Source: Patescibacteria group bacterium (lineage in GTDB: Bacteria; Patescibacteriota; Patescibacteriia; UBA1558; GWA2-36-10). From it: a DNA stretch of 64,000 bases. The notes beneath the pieces were generated by a model. The model was given only the letters and a program-made list of their open reading frames with translations. It searched no databases and was not told the DNA's origin. The DNA lies in contig JAQUKX010000004.1 of NCBI GenBank assembly GCA_028718865.1, forward strand, positions 35,753 through 99,752, given 5' to 3'. Made by a program: the position numbers and the translations under genes. Positions 19,388 through 30,010 of this stretch are shown here, piece after piece; position 1 is the first letter of the stretch; every line of letters begins with the position of its first letter.

Positions 19388-20533
19388 TTACTTTATGCTT
19401 CTGAACAAATTATCCAGTTGATAACCAATCTTGTCCCAGCTATATTTGGCCAGCACCTTTTCTCGGCCAGCCCGACCATACTCTTTGGCCAGCCTAGGAT
19501 TATCCAAAATAAAACTGATCATGTTTGACAAATTATCTACATTACCCGGCTTGACTAAGAGACCGGTTTTTTTCTTGTCCACCACTGAACGCACCCCGGG
19601 CAAATCAGCCGCTATCACCGGTACGCCTGAAGCCATGGCTTCCAAAGAAACAATGCCAAAGGCCTCTGACTTGTCTACGGAGGGCAAAACCAACATATCA
19701 GCGGTATTATAAAACTGAGGCAAAAGATTATCCGGCACAAAACCGGCAAAATGAATATATTTGCCCAAGCCCATATTTTTGACTAAGCTTTGATAACTAT
19801 CTTTCAAATCCCCTTCTCCCACTATCACCACGCGAAAATCATGACGATTTTGCGCCAAATTTTTGACTGTTTGAATAAGGACATTTACTCCCTTGAAATA
19901 ATGAGCTTTGTCCAAAGCGCCGACGAACAAAATCATCTTTTTGCCGTAAAGGTCGTATTTTTGATAAAGACTCTTATCAGCCAAGCGCGGCTTGAAAAGC
20001 AAATGATTGACACCACAGGGAATCTCGACAAATTTATCCGGATCAACTTCCAAAAGTGGCTTAATGTAAGAATGCCGGGCATAATCCAAAGAAGTGACTA
20101 TCACCCTGTCGGCTCTGTCCAAAATCCGAGGCGCAATATAATTTTTGTGCCAATGAAAAAACTTGGCCAAGAGCCCGCGGCCGACAACATCCATATGATA
20201 AGTCAGTACTATTTTCAAATCTTTGAACTTATCCAAAAAATAAACTATTTCCGCCCCGCCAAAAAATGGATAATGCAAATGAATAATATCAAAAGGCGTC
20301 AACTTATAAAAAAGCTGAGGCAAAATGCCGGCATTACCATATTTGAACCAAGGACGCAAACGCTCAACTGCAAAAGGATACTCATCCACTATCTCAAAAG
20401 GATGTTTGCCCTTCAAAGTAAAAACAGTCACCTGATGGCCTAAAGTAGCCAGAGACCAGGCATTATAATAAGCAACATTGCCCATACCGGCCTTATAAGG
20501 GGGAAACGTAGATGTCAATTCCGCTATTTTCAT
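19388..20533 (-). CDS. GT4 glycosyltransferase
   Basis: EAFGIVSLEAMASGVPV. Confidence 0.94.
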   Translation of the reverse strand: MKIAELTSTFPPYKAGMGNVAYYNAWSLATLGHQVTVFTLKGKHPFEIVDEYPFAVERLRPWFKYGNAGILPQLFYKLTPFDIIHLHYPFFGGAEIVYFLDKFKDLKIVLTYHMDVVGRGLLAKFFHWHKNYIAPRILDRADRVIVTSLDYARHSYIKPLLEVDPDKFVEIPCGVNHLLFKPRLADKSLYQKYDLYGKKMILFVGALDKAHYFKGVNVLIQTVKNLAQNRHDFRVVIVGEGDLKDSYQSLVKNMGLGKYIHFAGFVPDNLLPQFYNTADMLVLPSVDKSEAFGIVSLEAMASGVPVIAADLPGVRSVVDKKKTGLLVKPGNVDNLSNMISFILDNPRLAKEYGRAGREKVLAKYSWDKIGYQLDNLFRSIK

Positions 20534-20548
20534 ATTTTAATCCGCAGA

Positions 20549-21604
20549 TTACCAAAAAATAAATAATTTGACCAGACGCCAATAAATAAAAAAAATAAGA
20601 TTGGCAATCTTTAAAGCTAGAGAATCCAAAGGTTGAAATAATATCACTCCAGTAAAACGCCCTACTACTTGCCTATCGCTACAACGACGCTTAGTTTGAA
20701 TATCTTGCCTCTTGGCTTTGAGGATTTTTCTTTCTCTGGCGGAAAACAAAAATCCATAAGCCCGAATTTTATCTTTAAGTTTTTTGTTTCTTAGTGCATA
20801 AAAAAGCTGAGCTATTTCCATCAGTAGCCAGGCGGGAAAAATCAAAAGCATAGTTGCTATTTTATAATTTTTGAGCATAGTCCAAAGACGATTCCGCTCA
20901 AACCAATAATACTGACGCATACTACGGTCAAATTCATACTTATGGTAAACAATGCTCTCAGGCACCAAATAATTTTCATAACCCAAAAGAGCCAGTTGCC
21001 AACCCAAATCAAGATCTTCCAAATAAGCAAACATGGTCTCGTCAAAAAGCCCGCCTTTCTCTGCCAAGGCTTTCATTGAAAGCAATTCGCCAGCGCCGGA
21101 AGAATAATTTATTTTTTTTATTTTTTGATTGTTTTTATCAAAAGTATTAGAACCAAGACCATAACCAAAGCCTAGAAAATGAATGGCATTGCCCATTGTG
21201 TTTATTCTGTCTTTTTTTGACCATAATCTAAGCTTGGACTGCAAAGACCCAACTTGATTATTTTTTTCAGCAAACTGATAAAGTGGTAATAAAAAATCTG
21301 GTGTCACCACCGTATCCTGATTTAAAAGGTAAATATATTTAGCACCAATTTCTTTGGCATGTTGATAGCCGATATTATTGGCGCCAACATAACCAGTATT
21401 GGAGCTATTTCTGATTACTTTTATCTGCGGATAATTTTTTTCCAAAAAATCGGCTGAAGCATCAGCAGAATTATTATCAACAACTAGAATCTCCACCTCA
21501 AACTGAGCGTATTTCTGCCCAGTCAAAAGCGGTAGTAAAGACGGCCAATACTGCAAACCGTTATAACTAGGAATAATTATTAAAATTTTATCTTTTTCTG
21601 ACAT
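20549..21604 (-). CDS. GT2 glycosyltransferase (rhamnosyltransferase-like)
   Basis: VVDNNSAD, LLNQD, YLEDLD. Confidence 0.9.
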   Translation of the reverse strand: MSEKDKILIIIPSYNGLQYWPSLLPLLTGQKYAQFEVEILVVDNNSADASADFLEKNYPQIKVIRNSSNTGYVGANNIGYQHAKEIGAKYIYLLNQDTVVTPDFLLPLYQFAEKNNQVGSLQSKLRLWSKKDRINTMGNAIHFLGFGYGLGSNTFDKNNQKIKKINYSSGAGELLSMKALAEKGGLFDETMFAYLEDLDLGWQLALLGYENYLVPESIVYHKYEFDRSMRQYYWFERNRLWTMLKNYKIATMLLIFPAWLLMEIAQLFYALRNKKLKDKIRAYGFLFSARERKILKAKRQDIQTKRRCSDRQVVGRFTGVILFQPLDSLALKIANLIFFIYWRLVKLFIFW

Positions 21605-21920
21605 TTTTTAGAGCATCACTTCTGACCAGCTTAGTAATATCAGACTCGATCCGATTGAGCCGGACAAAAATCCTAAACAAAAGATAAAAAATCAAAATCA
21701 CCGATAAATACAGCACCAAATCCGCCCCTCGACCTATGCCCAAAATATTGGCAAGATAAGAAGTGATTTCCGGCTCCCAAAAAACAATCAAAACTACCAG
21801 CCATAGAAAAGACCAAAATAGCAAAGCCGTCCAAGATATCTTATTTTTCTGTTTTTGGAAAAAAAGCTTGCTCAAGGCAAAAACAATAAAAATTGTCACT
21901 AAAATCTGTAAGTAAATCAT
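21588..21920 (-). CDS. DUF2304-like membrane protein
   Basis: LGIGRGADL, ITKLVR; follows DPM1-like GT2. Confidence 0.8.
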   Translation of the reverse strand: MIYLQILVTIFIVFALSKLFFQKQKNKISWTALLFWSFLWLVVLIVFWEPEITSYLANILGIGRGADLVLYLSVILIFYLLFRIFVRLNRIESDITKLVRSDALKNVRKR

Positions 21921-22579
21921 TTGATAATTTTAGAAAATAATAAATCTTTCAGAATCTTAAAAGCACCGCTTAAGCCCTGACCAAATTCGTGATAAATAAC
22001 AGTAATGGGTACTTCTTTTATTTTTAATTTATTTTCATGAGCTTTGACCATAATTTCATTACAATGCGCTTTGCCGTCCTGCTCAATGATTATATTTTGA
22101 GCTGTAGTTCTGGTCATAGCCCGAAAGCCGCTTTGTGGATCACTTAACTTGATTCCCAAAAATACTCGGTTAAAAATTCTAGCCAAAGGAAAAATAATTT
22201 TTTCCTTGAAAAAAGGCAATTCCGATTTTTTGCCCAAAAAACGAGAACCAAAAACTATATCATAATTTTCTTCAACAATTGGCTTAATAACTTCCTTTAT
22301 TTCCTGAGCCAAAAATTGACCGTCAGCGTCAAAATGAACAATAATATCTGCTCCTTGACTTAGAGCGTATTCATTGCCAGTTTGCAAGGCTGCTCCTTGA
22401 TCGCGATTTATCCTATGGCGCAAAACATCAACTGGATAAGAGCAAGCCAGCTGATAAGTGTCATCGCTGGAAGCGTCGTCAACTACTACTATTTTATAAG
22501 GCAAAGCCGACAGGTCTTTGAGTACTTGCCCTATTCTTTTTTGCTCATTATAAGCGGGAATGACTATGAAGATGTTCAT
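21917..22579 (-). CDS. GT2 polyprenol-phosphate glycosyltransferase (DPM1-like)
   Basis: IPAYNE, VDDASSD, FDADGQ, DPQSGFRA. Confidence 0.92.
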   Translation of the reverse strand: MNIFIVIPAYNEQKRIGQVLKDLSALPYKIVVVDDASSDDTYQLACSYPVDVLRHRINRDQGAALQTGNEYALSQGADIIVHFDADGQFLAQEIKEVIKPIVEENYDIVFGSRFLGKKSELPFFKEKIIFPLARIFNRVFLGIKLSDPQSGFRAMTRTTAQNIIIEQDGKAHCNEIMVKAHENKLKIKEVPITVIYHEFGQGLSGAFKILKDLLFSKIIK

Positions 22580-23067
22580 TTTTCTTTGGCTAAACTCAAA
22601 GCTTTTTTAATTAAAGTTGGGCTATCAATAGCATTATAAAATTTAATAGCCCCTATTTTATCAATATCAATCCATTCCGGCATATCAGCATATTCTTTTT
22701 CATACTCATCAAAATTATCCATTGATAATTCTCCGCTTATCTTCCGACACAAATAATACATTAATATTGAATTACTAAAAACTTCTTTATAACGAAATTT
22801 AAAAAAAGAATTTTTTATGTCTATAATCTTTACCGGTTCTACTTGCAGTCCTGTTTCCTCCCAAAACTCTCTTTTTAAAGCCTCTTCTACTGTTTCGTCT
22901 ATTTCTACTCCCCCACCTGGAAAATCAAAACCATCTTTAAATTGTCTAACTAACAATATTTTATTATCTTCTATTAAAACACCATAAACAGACGGCCTAA
23001 AAATAATATTAGAGGCATTAGTTTTATATTCCTTTCCGTAAATATCCCGACAAACTATTTCTTTCAT
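22576..23067 (-). CDS. NUDIX hydrolase
   Basis: Nudix box PGGGVEIDETVEEALKREFWEETG. Confidence 0.93.
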   Translation of the reverse strand: MKEIVCRDIYGKEYKTNASNIIFRPSVYGVLIEDNKILLVRQFKDGFDFPGGGVEIDETVEEALKREFWEETGLQVEPVKIIDIKNSFFKFRYKEVFSNSILMYYLCRKISGELSMDNFDEYEKEYADMPEWIDIDKIGAIKFYNAIDSPTLIKKALSLAKEK

Positions 23068-23975
23068 CTATTTTCCTTAAACCACTGATAAGTAAACCCC
23101 AGGCCTTTTTCCAGATCAAAACGCGGCTGCCAATAACTAGCTGCTTGCAGACGGCCACAATCCAAAGCACTGCGCCTCACTTCGCCAGCTATAGCCGGCG
23201 TGTGCTCTATTTTTATATCCTGATCAGCAATAAGCTTGATTTTTTCCACTAGCTCCAACAGAGAAACCTCGCGGCCAGTGCCAACATTATAAATTCCCTG
23301 CCCTGTTTTTAATAAAGACACAAAAGCATTAACCGCATCTTCAACATAAACAAAATCCCTAGTCTGCTGGCCATCACCAAAAATATAAATAGGTTTAGAG
23401 CTAAGAGCGTTATTTAAAAATATGGAAATAACTCCCGCCTCACCATAGGGGTCTTGTCTGGGACCATAGATATTAGCCATGCGCAAAGCCGCCCAATTAA
23501 TTTTTCCTTCAGCAACAATTTGCAAATATCTTTCAAAAACCAATTTATTGAGTATATAAGGCGACAATGGTTTTTCCTCTGCGCTCTCATCTATAGGAAA
23601 ACTACTGGCCTCGCCATAAATGCCACAGCTGGAAGCAAAAATAAATTTTTTGGCACCAGCTTTGATGGCTGATTGCAAAACATTGAGCGCACCCAAAATA
23701 TTTATCTCCGCATCCAAGCGCGGATTTTCTATAGAAGCTCGGACATTTTTTTGGGCCGCCAGATGATAAACCACTTCCGGAGCAAAATCAAAAAAAACTT
23801 TTTCCAAAGATTTCTCTCGGATATCCAGCTGGATTAACTCGGCCTGAGGATGGATATATTCTTTTTTGCCAAAACTCAAATCATCAACCACCAACACTTG
23901 ATGACCAGCTTTGACCAAGCTATCTGTCAAATGAGAACCGATGAATCCGGCGCCGCCAGTAACTAATATACGCAT
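23064..23975 (-). CDS. NAD-dependent nucleotide-sugar epimerase (GalE-like)
   Basis: TGGAGFIG, YILNK, NIYGPRQ, GDGQQTRDFVYV. Confidence 0.9.
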   Translation of the reverse strand: MRILVTGGAGFIGSHLTDSLVKAGHQVLVVDDLSFGKKEYIHPQAELIQLDIREKSLEKVFFDFAPEVVYHLAAQKNVRASIENPRLDAEINILGALNVLQSAIKAGAKKFIFASSCGIYGEASSFPIDESAEEKPLSPYILNKLVFERYLQIVAEGKINWAALRMANIYGPRQDPYGEAGVISIFLNNALSSKPIYIFGDGQQTRDFVYVEDAVNAFVSLLKTGQGIYNVGTGREVSLLELVEKIKLIADQDIKIEHTPAIAGEVRRSALDCGRLQAASYWQPRFDLEKGLGFTYQWFKENR

Positions 23976-23980
23976 CTTGA

Positions 23981-25015
23981 TTATTCTTCTTGATTATTAA
24001 AAATCGGCCGATGAAGAAAAGCCGTAGCTTTATAATAATCTATTGCTTCTCTCAAGCCATCATCAATAGAAACCAAAGGAAACCAATTGAGTTTTTCTTT
24101 GGCGCGACTGATGTCAGGCTTAGCCGGCTGCATTGTGTATTGATATTTTTTGGTATAACTGATAACTGAAGAAGAGGAAGTAAGAGCAATGACTTTCTGG
24201 GCTACTTCTGTCAAAGTGTGAACCTGCTCCGATCCTAGGTTGACTGGCTCGGAAACTTCCGAAGCCATCAGCGCAATCATGCCTTCTACTATATCTTTAA
24301 CATAACAAAAACTCAAAACCGATTTTTCATCGCCAGCGATTTCTATTTCTTTATTTTCTGTAGCTGCTTTTATAAAATCCGGAATCTGACGGCCGCTATG
24401 TTGCAGCATCTTTGGCCCGTAAGTGCTAAAAATCCTAGCAATGCTGGTATTAATCTCATAAACATCCCGATAAGTCATCACTAAAGTTTCGGCAAAACGC
24501 TTGCCTTCATTGTAGCAAGCCCGCGGACCCAAAAAATCCAAAAGGCCGTAATAATTTTCCTCTACTGCCCGGCCGTCTTCAGGCGGCTGGCCGTAAACCG
24601 CCGAGCTGGAGGCCAAAAGATAACGAGCCTTGTATTTTTTGGCTAGCTCCAAGCTATTGATGGTGCCAATAGCATTGGCTTTGGCAGTCTCAATAGGGAA
24701 TTTGGTAAAATCCTTAGGAGCGGTCGGACAAGCCAAATTATAAATTTCTTGAAAGCCCTGAACTTCTATTTTGAATTTTCTCAGCTCCGGATAAGCGCTG
24801 AAATCTATCTTGTGGCAGATGTCATGACGGATAAATTCAAAATTGGGATACTCCAAAAGATTGCGGATATTTTCCACATCGGAGGAAACAAAATTATCAA
24901 CACAAACCACATTATAACCTTTTTTAACCAAGTGCTCACAAAGGTGGGAGCCGATAAAGCCTGCCCCGCCCAGCACCAGGACGTTTTTATTCTCCATGTA
25001 AACTTTTGTTGTCAT
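23981..25015 (-). CDS. UDP-glucuronate decarboxylase-like SDR
   Basis: GGAGFIGSHLC, NLACP, GPRACYNEGKR, ARIFSTYGP. Confidence 0.8.
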   Translation of the reverse strand: MTTKVYMENKNVLVLGGAGFIGSHLCEHLVKKGYNVVCVDNFVSSDVENIRNLLEYPNFEFIRHDICHKIDFSAYPELRKFKIEVQGFQEIYNLACPTAPKDFTKFPIETAKANAIGTINSLELAKKYKARYLLASSSAVYGQPPEDGRAVEENYYGLLDFLGPRACYNEGKRFAETLVMTYRDVYEINTSIARIFSTYGPKMLQHSGRQIPDFIKAATENKEIEIAGDEKSVLSFCYVKDIVEGMIALMASEVSEPVNLGSEQVHTLTEVAQKVIALTSSSSVISYTKKYQYTMQPAKPDISRAKEKLNWFPLVSIDDGLREAIDYYKATAFLHRPIFNNQEE

Positions 25016-25139
25016 ATTTTTCTTATTGCTTATAGCTTATGGCCAAGGGCAATATAAGCTATCAACTTATTATTACTTATTATTTATTTTTTAATCTTAA
25101 ACATTTACTATCTATAAGCCGTACGCCATAGGTTATAGG

Positions 25140-25877
25140 TTATAACTCATATCTGCCAAAAGTATCATTGATTCTGATTTTCAATATATGAAGCATGGTC
25201 TTGGGATAATCAAACCACTTGACCGATGAATCAAAATTGTTATACCAGCTTACCGGCAATTCCTTAACCGCCAGTTTATTCTTTCTGGCCAAAAACATCA
25301 GCTCAAAATCAAAAGCAAAACCGCTGATAGTCAACTGGGCAAACAATGGCTTTAACTCTGTCGCCAAGAGCTTGAAACCGCACTGAGTATCTTTGATGCC
25401 CGGATAAATGAGAGCTTGACTCACCAGATTGCCCAATTTGCCAAAAAAAACTTTGAAAGCATTTTGCTTGATTTCTACTTTTGATTCTTTTAAAGCTCGT
25501 GAAGCAATCAATAATTTATAATCGGAAGTATAAGGCCAAAAATTATTCAGTTCGCTAATGCGGGTGGAATTATCAGCATCCATAAACAAAACCCACTCCC
25601 CTTGGGCTTGCGCCACGCCCTTGGCAACAGTATAGCCCTTGCCGTGATTTTTTAAGTTGCGAAAAACTCTTATACCAGTAAAAGCGCTGGCAAAAGGAAA
25701 AGTGCTGTCTTGGGAGCAGTCATCAACCACTATAATTTCGTAATTGCCCTGGCCAAAACGCGCTTGCAAAAAATCATCTACTTCTTTCAAGGTGCTAACA
25801 ATCACTTTTTCTTCATTATAAGCGGGAATAACAACACTTATTTTTACTCCTTTAGAAATCTCTTTTTTTTCCGCCAT
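25140..25877 (-). CDS. GT2 dolichyl-phosphate beta-glucosyltransferase-like
   Basis: IPAYNEE, NHGKG, FMDAD, DTQCGFK. Confidence 0.92.
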   Translation of the reverse strand: MAEKKEISKGVKISVVIPAYNEEKVIVSTLKEVDDFLQARFGQGNYEIIVVDDCSQDSTFPFASAFTGIRVFRNLKNHGKGYTVAKGVAQAQGEWVLFMDADNSTRISELNNFWPYTSDYKLLIASRALKESKVEIKQNAFKVFFGKLGNLVSQALIYPGIKDTQCGFKLLATELKPLFAQLTISGFAFDFELMFLARKNKLAVKELPVSWYNNFDSSVKWFDYPKTMLHILKIRINDTFGRYEL

Positions 25878-25883
25878 ATAAAT

Positions 25884-27902
25884 TTAGCGTCCTAAAATTT
25901 CAAAATAATAACCATTCCTATCATTGGCCGACCGCAGATAAAAGTTTTCTTTTTCCAGACCCTGATGATCATAAATCCTCATCAATGCGGCCGAGCCTTT
26001 GCTTGGCAGGGCAATTATTTCCGGCAGGAAATCCCCCGATATATCCTTGGCAATTATTCTAACACCAGAAAGCAGCTGTTGACTATAAGCCAAAAACTCT
26101 CCTTTTTGGCGTCCGCGCATGCTAAAAAGCTTGATCTGCGGTGCTCGGCCGCTGGCCGGCACAGTGATTATCTCCTGCCAATTATCGCCACTGACATTAC
26201 CGACACTGATATTTACGCCCGAGGTCATTTTTTCATCATAAGCCAAAAAACTGCTTTTTAGCTGATTACGATAATCAAAGACCCTAATCTCCGGCTCCCG
26301 ACCGCTAGCAGGAGCAACTATAATTTCATCCTCTCCATTATTACTTACATCACCCACCGCTAAATTCACGCCTCCAAAAAAATTACTCTCATAAGCGAAA
26401 AATTCCGAGATCAGCTCGCCGCTGGGGCTAAATACCCTGATGTGCGGTCCGCCGCCAGCTTGAGGAGCAGTAATGATTTCTTTTTGACCATCACCATTGA
26501 TATCACCGATAGCTACTCTGACTCCGCCTCTGAACCTAGCGTCATAAGCGAAAAATTCCGAGATCAGCTCGCCGCTGGGGCTAAATACCCTGATGTGCGG
26601 TCCGCCGCCAGCTTGAGGAGCAGTCACTATTTCTTCTTGCCCATCACCGGTCAAATCACCTACTGCCAAATGCACTCCCCCGCGAAAACTGCCGGCATAA
26701 GCCAAAAAACTATGTTGCAAATTACCTTGCTTGTCCAAAATCATAATCTCTGGGGCCAAGCCGGCTTCTGGAGCCAAAACAATGCGGGGTGAATGATTGA
26801 CATAACTTTTGGCAAGATTCAAAGCAGCGCCCACGTCTACCATGCCAGCGCCCAAGTCAAGATAATTGGTAGGATTAGCGTCTCTGATATCAGCGGCGCT
26901 ATTTATCAAGATATTGTAAATATCGCTGGGCCGCAACTCAGGAAAATTCATCTTAATCAAAGCAGCTGTAGCCGAAACTATCGGCGCGGCCAAAGAAGTA
27001 CCGTTCCAGCCACCTCTGTAAGGCGCATTGAATTCGGGGTTAGCGCTATTGTAATAAACCGTTGAATAAAAACCTGTGCCCGGAGCGGAAATATCAATAC
27101 AAGTTCGGCCAAAATTGGAAAAAGGAGCCAGTCGCCTGTCTTGATCCAGAGCCGCTACTCCCAAAACTTGATTGCCAGAGCTGATTTCACAAACCGGATA
27201 ACGAGGAAAAAGATCCAAATTGATGCCTTGACGATTTTGGTTGCCTGAAGCAGCGACTATCACTACTCCTCTGTTATAAGCGTTATTGATAGAGCGGCGC
27301 AAATTCTCATCATAAAAATCCCCTACCAAGCTCAGATTGATGACATCAGCGCCGTTGGCCACAGCATAGTCAATGGCTTGCGATAAAACTAGAGTATTGC
27401 CAGTGCCTTTTTCATTGAGAATCTTCAGTGGCATTATCTTGACCTGAGGAGCAATACCGACTATACCCTGGCCATTGGCCACAGCGGCAATAATGCCAGC
27501 AACAATAGTACCATGATTGACCGCTGTATAATCATAGCCATCAATCAATTCTGGACGCGGATTATTATTACTATTGATGAAATCCCAGCCACTGACATCA
27601 TCAATATAGCTATTTCTATCATTATCTATACCGTCACCAGCTATTTCTCCGGGATTGACCCAGATATTTTCCGCCAAATCAGGATGGTTTATATCCACTC
27701 CCGAATCCAAAACAGCCACTATTACTTCTTTGTTTACCCTAATATCATTGGACCAGCTGGGATATATATTGATAGTCTCAAAATAATTTTGATAAATAAT
27801 TCCCGGGTCGCTCGGTGTATAATCCTGAGAAAATGCCTGCGCCGGATTAACCAAGGCAAAAAACAAAAAAACCGCAATAAAAAACCTAAATTTTCCAATC
27901 AT
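25884..27902 (-). CDS. Secreted S8 subtilase with C-terminal FG-GAP-like repeats
   Basis: Signal peptide; triad motifs VLDSG, HGT, GTSLAAP; repeated GD..GDG..EI(I/V)TAP..GGGP units. Confidence 0.93.
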   Translation of the reverse strand: MIGKFRFFIAVFLFFALVNPAQAFSQDYTPSDPGIIYQNYFETINIYPSWSNDIRVNKEVIVAVLDSGVDINHPDLAENIWVNPGEIAGDGIDNDRNSYIDDVSGWDFINSNNNPRPELIDGYDYTAVNHGTIVAGIIAAVANGQGIVGIAPQVKIMPLKILNEKGTGNTLVLSQAIDYAVANGADVINLSLVGDFYDENLRRSINNAYNRGVVIVAASGNQNRQGINLDLFPRYPVCEISSGNQVLGVAALDQDRRLAPFSNFGRTCIDISAPGTGFYSTVYYNSANPEFNAPYRGGWNGTSLAAPIVSATAALIKMNFPELRPSDIYNILINSAADIRDANPTNYLDLGAGMVDVGAALNLAKSYVNHSPRIVLAPEAGLAPEIMILDKQGNLQHSFLAYAGSFRGGVHLAVGDLTGDGQEEIVTAPQAGGGPHIRVFSPSGELISEFFAYDARFRGGVRVAIGDINGDGQKEIITAPQAGGGPHIRVFSPSGELISEFFAYESNFFGGVNLAVGDVSNNGEDEIIVAPASGREPEIRVFDYRNQLKSSFLAYDEKMTSGVNISVGNVSGDNWQEIITVPASGRAPQIKLFSMRGRQKGEFLAYSQQLLSGVRIIAKDISGDFLPEIIALPSKGSAALMRIYDHQGLEKENFYLRSANDRNGYYFEILGR
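26389..26624. repeat. Exact 83-bp direct repeat (26389-26471 and 26542-26624) within S8 repeats
   Basis: Identical nucleotide strings offset by 153 nt (51 codons). Confidence 0.9.
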
Positions 27903-28047
27903 TTTAACTTTATTTTTCTTAATTATTTCCAATAAATTATAACAGAATTGACCGGTGAAAACAAGCAAATTAACAAGCCGTCAGATTGGTTTACAGAAAT
28001 CTTAAAAACAAAAAACAGCCCCCAAGACCGCTAAAGCTCTTTTTATA

Positions 28048-29070
28048 TTAATTTTTACTAAACAAAAACCTGACTAAATTCCAATACTGGTCATTGCCTT
28101 TTTGCTTTTGCAAATACCACCACTCCACTCCCCAAAGATAAGTCTGCTTGAGATCGGCATTGATAGCAAATTGCAAATTGGCCTTGAACTGTTCAAAACT
28201 CAAAGACTTATTATAATCGTCAAACTCCAAATCCGCCAAAGTACCCCGAGGCACCCAAGGCTCGGCCTGCAGCTCGCTGACTATAGCTTGATCTTTACTC
28301 AGTCGATTTAAATGAAGTTTGAAACCGTAAAACCAATCAGGAATAGGATAATAAACATATCTAAATATCGGATTCCAAACTACCCGATACATGGTAGTGC
28401 CAAAAATATCTCCTATTTTGGCTTCCTGGCGCCAGGAGCTCAGCTCTCCTGAAGCACTGATAATAATCGGTCGACTGCTGTCTAGCTCTCTGACCAAAGC
28501 CACCTCTTTTTCCAAAAATTTCCTATCGCCTTTGGGGCACTCGCCAAACCAATCAAACAAAGGCTCGTTTTCTACCTGCCAAGCCACTATCTCTGGTCGA
28601 TTTTGATACCTAGCCACTACCTGTTTTAGCAAAAAAATCGTCCTTGACTCCAACTGATCTTTGTTATAAAGATCAACCCACTCCGGTACATGACATTCAG
28701 GCCAGCGTGGCAAACGGAATCCGATATTAGCAATAAATTTCACGCCACGCTTTGCTCCTTGATCAAAAATATAATCATAAAAAGCAAAGTCAAACTGCCC
28801 CGGACTCTGCTCCACCTCGTCCCAATAAATCGGCACGCGGATATGATCAGCCTGCAAATCATCCAAAATCGCCAAATAAAGCTCGGTTCTATCCAAGCCC
28901 AGCTCATCGGCAAACTTAGGTGAATAAGTCACTCCCCAAAAATCCGCTTTGGCCTCAAAATTTATATCTCTGGGATGGTGCTTGTCTATCTTGAAAGTCC
29001 AAAGCAAAAAAAAGCTCAAGAGTAAAAGCCAAAATATTTTTTTCTTGTAAAAAGTCCGGTAAAAAAACAT
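28048..29070 (-). CDS. Clan GH-A-like glycoside hydrolase, membrane-anchored
   Basis: WQVENEP acid/base and SELQAEPW nucleophile-like motifs; N-terminal TM. Confidence 0.7.
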   Translation of the reverse strand: MFFYRTFYKKKIFWLLLLSFFLLWTFKIDKHHPRDINFEAKADFWGVTYSPKFADELGLDRTELYLAILDDLQADHIRVPIYWDEVEQSPGQFDFAFYDYIFDQGAKRGVKFIANIGFRLPRWPECHVPEWVDLYNKDQLESRTIFLLKQVVARYQNRPEIVAWQVENEPLFDWFGECPKGDRKFLEKEVALVRELDSSRPIIISASGELSSWRQEAKIGDIFGTTMYRVVWNPIFRYVYYPIPDWFYGFKLHLNRLSKDQAIVSELQAEPWVPRGTLADLEFDDYNKSLSFEQFKANLQFAINADLKQTYLWGVEWWYLQKQKGNDQYWNLVRFLFSKN

Positions 29071-29071
29071 A

Positions 29072-30010
29072 TTATCTGGCTATAAAATAAAGTCCCAAAG
29101 CAATCAAAATAATCGCTAATATTTTTTGCCAAACTATTAAGGCCGAATTATCTTCTTTTAATATCTTGGGATTAAATAAAGTAATAAGAAAAGTAAATAC
29201 CAAGATAAAAGCATACTGCAAGCCCTGCAAAGAAGTAACCAGAGCCACCGAACCCAGAGCCACGGCGTAATTCTGCAAAATAGAACCTGCTGCTCCCAAG
29301 CCTTGCGTGCCGAAAAAAATCAAGGGCGATTTTTTGTTTTTCTTTGACTGCTTGAGATCTTTTTTAATTTCTTGGCGCCAATTTTTTTTCAGCAAAAAAA
29401 CCAACACCGCCGCAAAAGTTCCTAGCCTAATCCAAATAAAAGCGCTGCCAAAATCCTGCAGATTATAAGCTTGCTTGCTGGCTGTCCAAAATGAAGCAAA
29501 GAAAAAAGCCGCCACCAAAGATAGAAAGACACTTTGCCATTTTTGAGCCAATTTGATGCCCAGAGCTTTTTTGATTTCCTGCCAGATGCTATGGCGACTG
29601 GATATACTGGCAATCATCAAAGTTCCCAAAACCAGATAATAAATCGCCAGCCACTGAAAAAAACTGAATTTCTCACGGAAAAAAATCAAGGAAAATAAAA
29701 CCACAAAAACCGGCACTGTCCCGCCTACCAGCGTAAAAATTTTGGAAGCATCATTGCCTCGCAAAGCGCTGTACAAAAAGAAAATACCGCCGGCAAAAAG
29801 AGCGCCGGTAAACAGATTGAAGAAAAACAAGCCCCAGCCCGGCCAAGCCAAAAACCAAGGCGCAGCCAAAACCACTATTGCGCCAAAGAGTCCCACCAAA
29901 AAAGCGTAAGTGCGCGGTCCAGGTATCACCTTTTCCACAATAAATTTATCAGCCACATTGACTATGGCCATAAAAAAATAAGCAAAAATTGCCACTATAA
30001 GCCAATTCAT
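29072..30010 (-). CDS. EamA/DMT family transporter
   Basis: About 10 TM in two repeats, FFREKFS. Confidence 0.8.
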   Translation of the reverse strand: MNWLIVAIFAYFFMAIVNVADKFIVEKVIPGPRTYAFLVGLFGAIVVLAAPWFLAWPGWGLFFFNLFTGALFAGGIFFLYSALRGNDASKIFTLVGGTVPVFVVLFSLIFFREKFSFFQWLAIYYLVLGTLMIASISSRHSIWQEIKKALGIKLAQKWQSVFLSLVAAFFFASFWTASKQAYNLQDFGSAFIWIRLGTFAAVLVFLLKKNWRQEIKKDLKQSKKNKKSPLIFFGTQGLGAAGSILQNYAVALGSVALVTSLQGLQYAFILVFTFLITLFNPKILKEDNSALIVWQKILAIILIALGLYFIAR

